From a virus, in IMG/VR virus record IMGVR_UViG_3300025652_000043, positions 19,042-83,041 of that record: a DNA stretch of 64,000 bases, one strand, 5' to 3'. A program made the position numbers and the translations under genes. Below, piece after piece: positions 58,712 through 64,000 of the stretch. Each line of letters opens with the position of its first letter. Position 1 is the stretch's first letter. The notes beneath the pieces were generated by a model. The model worked only from the letters and a program-made list of their open reading frames with translations, searched no databases and was not told where the DNA came from.

Positions 58712-58740
58712 GAACTAAATAGTTAGTAATATTTATATAA

Positions 58741-58778
58741 AAAGAGGCTTGGGCACTTAGCCTTAGCCTCTTTTTTAT
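58741..58778 (+). terminator. Intrinsic terminator
   Basis: aaagaggct...agcctctttttt. Confidence 0.75.
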
Positions 58779-58810
58779 TACCTTATACACATCAATTAAA
58801 AAATACAAAA

Positions 58811-59506
58811 ATGGCAGAAGTAAGTTATACTTTAACTAGAGTTCAAGATAAATATTATATAGAAAATACTCAAGGAACAATACTTAACTATTCCTTAATA
58901 AAAGTTCACTCTATCATAGGAGAAGAAACCATATCTGAAGGCACTATTGCAATAGGAGGTACACTTACAGTTCCAATTACTAAAGATGGAATATATAAAG
59001 TAACTCTTACTGAGGGGATTAATTCAAGTCTAATTGACTTGGAATATTATTTAAACCTACAAGTATCAGCATTAGAAGATATCTTTACTACACTATGTCC
59101 CTGTGATTGTGGATGCAATGATTGTACAGAAAAAGAATTGGATTGTTGCAATATAGTAACAACAAAAGATAAAATAGATACTTATAACATGCTTACAAGT
59201 CCTGCACTTGCAAACTATTTTAATGTAGTTAATGGACAAGCTTTATCACTTATAGAAGAACAAACATATTGTATTATAAATGAAGAACACATTTATGGAA
59301 CTTCTATGTATAATAATAAATTAAGTAAGCAAATAGTTGCTTTAAACTATATGGCTTGGTATTTATATGAACTTGATACTTTTGGAACTGATGATACTCA
59401 AATAGCTTATATTAAAGCTAAATTTAAACAACAAAGTATTTACTGTTGTATTTATAAATTAGGAATAGATATTAAAGCTATTGAAGAAGCAGTAGCACTC
59501 ATTTAA
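58811..59506 (+). CDS. Cys-rich structural protein (tail hub-like, inferred)
   Basis: CPCDCGCNDC...CC cluster; in the structural operon. Confidence 0.5.
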   Translation: MAEVSYTLTRVQDKYYIENTQGTILNYSLIKVHSIIGEETISEGTIAIGGTLTVPITKDGIYKVTLTEGINSSLIDLEYYLNLQVSALEDIFTTLCPCDCGCNDCTEKELDCCNIVTTKDKIDTYNMLTSPALANYFNVVNGQALSLIEEQTYCIINEEHIYGTSMYNNKLSKQIVALNYMAWYLYELDTFGTDDTQIAYIKAKFKQQSIYCCIYKLGIDIKAIEEAVALI

Positions 59507-59525
59507 AAATATTTAATAAAATAGT

Positions 59526-61037
59526 ATGGCAAGTATAATAAAACAAATAGCGTGGTTATATGGCAGAGTAAAATGCCTTACTGAAGAGATACAAGAATGT
59601 TGTGGTTTAAATACTGGTAATAGAATATTATCAGGAAATTTACGTTGGGATACTGGATACAGATATCAAGTTGTAGGATTAACTTATGAATTTGAAGGAA
59701 GTACTTATGAAATACCAACTACACTATTAACTTTTTCTCCCCCTATAGAAGGGCTTTCAAGACAAGATGTTGTTTATGTAAACAGTCAAGGTCAACTAGG
59801 AATATTAGAAGGGGAGTCTGCTCTTATTTCTGCTGAACCCATTTTAAATGAAAGCATACAACTTAAGTTTACTGTAATTGATATTAACTCTGTAACCTCA
59901 AACTCTCAATCCAATAAGATATTAACTGGAGGTTATATTTCATGGAGTGGAGGATTTACACATTTTATAACCCCTTTAACTTATATTATTCAAAATGACT
60001 CATATGCAAGTTTAGGAGGTAGTGTCACTTTTACAGATAGTGATGCCACATATAATAGAAAAGATGCTTTAGTAGTAGATACTAATGGTGACTTAATAAT
60101 TATTACAGGAGTGCCTTCAGAAATACCTGCAGAGCCAGTTATAGATGAACTATTGTATTGTTTAATATCTTATGTTTCTATTCCAGCTAATTCAACAGTA
60201 ATTGAAAATGTTGCACAAGAAGTTGTATACAGAGAAAATGCTGGAGACCCTACAGAATGGGAAACAAGTACAGATTCACTCCTAATAGCATTTGAAGATA
60301 ATACTTTCCCTAATAATGGTGTAAACTGTATTATACAATCAGAAGAAAATATAGCTGCTTCACTTAAATCAATTACATTTAAAAAACCTTCTACAGTTAC
60401 TTTTTCAGATTATACTGCATTAGAATTTTATATTAGATTAGATAAAGCAGTACAAAATAATGATTATCTTATTTCAATATCAATGACTGTTGATGGAGAA
60501 ACTGCTGTTGATAGACATATTTTATTAAGTGGAAATAGTAATTATGACCAAACTTTAGCAGGGGAATATCAAAGAGTTGTAATACCTATGGAATTTTTTA
60601 CAAATGTTCCTGCAGAATTTGATTCAATAATATTTACTTTTACAGATGGGTATCATGGAGTTTTTAGATTAGATGATATTTCTCTTGTAAGTGGAATTGG
60701 AACACCTCCTACTTCAGTAAATACTTATTTAACATTAGAAGATACTGATGATATAAACTATTCAGGAAAACAAGACTATGTTCCACAAGTAAATCAGTCA
60801 GAATCAGGACTTATTCTTGTAAGAAAGTATTGGATTAGAATAGATAATAATGATATTAGTGCTGACTTACATAAAGCAGAAGGTAATAGAAGTCTAGGAG
60901 ATATAGAAGATGGAGACATTGTAAGAAGTGCAATATTTAAAAGTAGTAATATATTTTTACCTTATGGTGAATATGATTCTGGAATAGGTCTAAGTACAGA
61001 TATAGACTCTTATATTATACCTTTAATGTTTAATTAA
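59526..61037 (+). CDS. Fibre protein with a duplicated beta domain and a carbohydrate-binding-module-like domain
   Basis: Two NxIL(S/T)G..W...RxD.V.V...G...AEP repeats; FSDYTALEFYIR...YQRVVIPM..F...RLDDISL resembles CBM11/galactose-binding folds. Confidence 0.6.
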   Translation: MASIIKQIAWLYGRVKCLTEEIQECCGLNTGNRILSGNLRWDTGYRYQVVGLTYEFEGSTYEIPTTLLTFSPPIEGLSRQDVVYVNSQGQLGILEGESALISAEPILNESIQLKFTVIDINSVTSNSQSNKILTGGYISWSGGFTHFITPLTYIIQNDSYASLGGSVTFTDSDATYNRKDALVVDTNGDLIIITGVPSEIPAEPVIDELLYCLISYVSIPANSTVIENVAQEVVYRENAGDPTEWETSTDSLLIAFEDNTFPNNGVNCIIQSEENIAASLKSITFKKPSTVTFSDYTALEFYIRLDKAVQNNDYLISISMTVDGETAVDRHILLSGNSNYDQTLAGEYQRVVIPMEFFTNVPAEFDSIIFTFTDGYHGVFRLDDISLVSGIGTPPTSVNTYLTLEDTDDINYSGKQDYVPQVNQSESGLILVRKYWIRIDNNDISADLHKAEGNRSLGDIEDGDIVRSAIFKSSNIFLPYGEYDSGIGLSTDIDSYIIPLMFN

Positions 61038-61050
61038 AATGAAAATTAAA

Positions 61051-64000
61051 ATGAAAAAATATTTAAGCCTTTTAGTCTTGTTGATGCTTACCATTAATAT
61101 GGTTCAAAGTCAACAAACAGAAAGAATTAGTGCAAGTCATAATGCTGTTTTATATAGAGAATCTAGTACTACTTGTAATGACCCTATTATTTATGAAATA
61201 CCTAATCAAACAGTTGTTTACAAAAACTATTGTCTAGATAAATTTAGAGAATGGACAGGAACACTTTGGAGAGATTTTGGCAATAATAAACTATATAAAA
61301 CATATTCTCATAGTGTACAAAAATTTGATGCTGGTCAAGGTCCTATAGATGTTTGGTTAGGAATGAAAACATTGACTACTTCTAGTCCTGTATTTAATGT
61401 AAATACTGGTCAAGCAGATTTAGTAAATGTAGTTGCTTCAACAGCTATTAGTTCTTCTATGCTTTCTCCTAGAGATACTTATTTATCTAATATTCAATTT
61501 CAAGGAAATGTAGGTACTCCTATTTCTATAGCTTTAATAATGTTATATGATAGTACAACAACAATATTATATGAAAATAATACTGTAAATGATGAGAGCA
61601 ATGCTAATTTTCTTTATGACCCTGATACTACAACTGTAATACCAGAAGGAGCAATATTATATTTTTTAATAAAGCCTTCAAGTACAGGACTATATGGTTC
61701 TTTTCAATTTCATATAACAGAAGTTTTAGGAACAGAGTTATCTGAATATGATTCAGGAGGAGGAACTGGAGTGTCTAATCATGCTCTTTTAACTAATTTA
61801 GATTATTCAAATGCAGCACATACAGGTTTTGAGCCAGAAAAAGGTGCAGATGATTTTTATGTAACTGGTGCTGAAAAAGTAGTTTTAAGTAATACAAGTA
61901 ATTCAAATTCAGGAGATCAAGATATTGATGGAATAGTAGATAATGCTACTGCAATAGGAGTTATACAAGGAGAACAAACTACTCAAAATACTAATATCTC
62001 TAATAATGCAACCAACATAGGAGATAACATAACTAATATAGGAGATAATACTACTAATATAGGAAATAATACTTCTAACATCTCTACTAACACCACTAAT
62101 ATAACTAACAATATAGATAATATCTCTACCAACACAACAGATATTTCTAATAGAGTTCCTTATGAAGGGGCTACTACAGATGTAATTTTAGGCAATAATA
62201 CCCTTACTTCTATAGACTTTATTGATAGTGATGGTACTCTTACCTTAACAGGTTCTACTGTAAGTTTAGATAATAATATTACAGGTAATATTTATTACTC
62301 TAATGCTGATCCTAGTACTGCAACATCATTAAGTGTAGCTAATTTAAAGAAGGGTGGGTTTGCAGTTTATTATTCTAATACACCAACTATAGCACCTAGT
62401 TTTTCTAATGCCACTATTTATGGGGTAAACACATGGCAAGCAAATGTAACTTTACAAATTTATGTTTATTCTCATGATGGTATAACTGCTCAATATTTCT
62501 TTGCCAATGCAATAGCAGGTGTAGAAGGAGGTGGGTACGTACCTTATATCAATGCTGTAGATGATGTTAATTTAGGTCTTAATAATATTCTAGCTACAAA
62601 ATTTATAGATATTGATGGTACTGAAAATAAAACAGGTGCAGTTATAGAATTAGATGATAATGTAACAGGTACAATTTATTACACTAGAGCAAATCCTAGT
62701 GATAGTTTGACTTTAAGTGTGACTAATTTAAAAGCAGGCGGTTATTCTGTTTACTATTCTAATACTGAAACAAAGCCAGAATTTACTAATGCTACACTAA
62801 ATGGTACAAGTACTTGGGTAGCAAATGTAACTATGCAGATTTTTATATATACTCATGATGGAACTACTGCTGAATACTTCTTTGTTAATGCAACATCTAC
62901 ACCCACTTTAGATGAGGTTTTAACAACAGGAAACATAGGCACTACTGGTATACCAATAATACTCAAGGGAATAGGGTCTAGTGAAGCGAACTATACAGGT
63001 GATTATGCAATATTTAATTCTAGTTTAGGGCAGGGAGCAATTACCTCTTTGTTTTCAAGAATGAGTGCGTTAAATGGTGATTATACTGATTACAGACATA
63101 ACAATATTGTTTTTGCAGACTCTACTTTAAATATTTCGCAAACGTTAAACATGTCTAGTGTTATACAAGATGGTACAATTACAATACCTAATGTAACTGG
63201 TGAAATGGGGATAGTAAATGGTTATAAACTTCCATTAGCAGATGGCACAGCAAATCAAGTAATTAAAACTGATGGTGCAGGTGTATTAACTTTTGGAGAT
63301 GAATCTCCTAGTGAAGCTGAAACAGACCCTACATTTACAGCTTCTCCTGCTTTTTCAACTACAAATGCAAACGGAACAAATACAGGTGATAATGCAAATA
63401 ATTCTCAGTATTCAGGTCTTGTTACTAATGCCACTCATACTGGTGATGTAGCAGGTTCTACTGCTCTTACAATACAGACTGATGCTGTTGATATTTCAAT
63501 GCTATCTGCAACTGGAGCTGCAGGCAGTACTACCTATTTAAGAGGTGATAATACTTGGGCAGTAATACCACCTGCTGGAGCAGAAATTAATGATCTAACA
63601 ACAGAAGTAACTTGGACTGATATACCAATAGACAATGTACCAACAGGAACAACAGGTACAACTGTTGCCTTTGGAAATCATTTACATAATAACGTTTACC
63701 AACCTCTTTTAGAAATCTATTCTGAAAGTGGAACTTTAGCAGGTGGAGATGGTATAGGTCTTATAGGAGACTTTAATCCTGTTGGAAATACTGGCTCTGG
63801 TATATATTTTGACCAAAATTATGATGATGGTAAATCTTTTATAGATTGGATAGAAATACATTCAGCAGATGACCTTTCAATATCTTCTATTGGTTCTGAA
63901 ATTTCAATGGGAGGAGGAATTAATTTGACAGGTAATTCAATAACTTCCACTTCTACGGGTAGTCAAGAACATACTGGTTCTAATTTAACTTTTCAAGCTA
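61051..64000 (+). CDS. Long fibre/adhesin-like protein, 3'-truncated, absent from the ORF track
   Basis: No stop seen to the window end (alternative start 61039); signal-peptide-like N-terminus, IxxNTxx heptads (61980-62150), tandem ~125-aa duplication, LPLADGTANQVIKTDGAG fibre motif. Confidence 0.8.
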   Translation, partial: MKKYLSLLVLLMLTINMVQSQQTERISASHNAVLYRESSTTCNDPIIYEIPNQTVVYKNYCLDKFREWTGTLWRDFGNNKLYKTYSHSVQKFDAGQGPIDVWLGMKTLTTSSPVFNVNTGQADLVNVVASTAISSSMLSPRDTYLSNIQFQGNVGTPISIALIMLYDSTTTILYENNTVNDESNANFLYDPDTTTVIPEGAILYFLIKPSSTGLYGSFQFHITEVLGTELSEYDSGGGTGVSNHALLTNLDYSNAAHTGFEPEKGADDFYVTGAEKVVLSNTSNSNSGDQDIDGIVDNATAIGVIQGEQTTQNTNISNNATNIGDNITNIGDNTTNIGNNTSNISTNTTNITNNIDNISTNTTDISNRVPYEGATTDVILGNNTLTSIDFIDSDGTLTLTGSTVSLDNNITGNIYYSNADPSTATSLSVANLKKGGFAVYYSNTPTIAPSFSNATIYGVNTWQANVTLQIYVYSHDGITAQYFFANAIAGVEGGGYVPYINAVDDVNLGLNNILATKFIDIDGTENKTGAVIELDDNVTGTIYYTRANPSDSLTLSVTNLKAGGYSVYYSNTETKPEFTNATLNGTSTWVANVTMQIFIYTHDGTTAEYFFVNATSTPTLDEVLTTGNIGTTGIPIILKGIGSSEANYTGDYAIFNSSLGQGAITSLFSRMSALNGDYTDYRHNNIVFADSTLNISQTLNMSSVIQDGTITIPNVTGEMGIVNGYKLPLADGTANQVIKTDGAGVLTFGDESPSEAETDPTFTASPAFSTTNANGTNTGDNANNSQYSGLVTNATHTGDVAGSTALTIQTDAVDISMLSATGAAGSTTYLRGDNTWAVIPPAGAEINDLTTEVTWTDIPIDNVPTGTTGTTVAFGNHLHNNVYQPLLEIYSESGTLAGGDGIGLIGDFNPVGNTGSGIYFDQNYDDGKSFIDWIEIHSADDLSISSIGSEISMGGGINLTGNSITSTSTGSQEHTGSNLTFQA

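Noticed and set aside
1-64000. Stop-codon reassignment (TAG or TGA), known in some crAss-like phages
   Set aside because: Long genes are intact under the standard code, and TAG and TGA both end well-defined genes.
59526-64000. Diversity-generating retroelement targeting the fibres
   Set aside because: No reverse transcriptase in the window, and the fibre duplications differ at all base types rather than only at adenines.

Overview
The window is an AT-rich, strongly CpG-poor segment of a crAss-like (Crassvirales-type) phage genome, probably infecting a Bacteroidota/Flavobacteriia host. It reads in the standard genetic code. Layout: (1) 1-13.3 kb, + strand: 5'-truncated giant virion RNA polymerase (DFDVD motif, C-terminal HEXXH zincin) and a second large cargo protein. 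(2) 13.3-36 kb, - strand: replication/middle block with dUTPase, GroEL+GroES, PD-(D/E)XK nucleases, primase, SSB-like, Sak4-like ATPase, DnaB-like helicase, SF2 and SF1 helicases and a family A DNA polymerase. Embedded in it is a contiguous ubiquitin-like conjugation cassette (Ubl fusion, E2-like, JAB, E1/ThiF, unknown partner). (3) 36-44.7 kb, - strand: early region built from repeated promoter, 5' hairpin, conserved leader, small gene and terminator units. It includes a probable structured small RNA carrying the reverse complement of the conserved leader and two covarying long hairpins. (4) 44.8-64 kb, + strand: late block with a TerL-fragment mosaic, terminase, portal, scaffold, major capsid, ring and auxiliary proteins and fibre genes, the last 3'-truncated and starting with a signal peptide. 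All calls come from motif reading by eye; no database searches were run.
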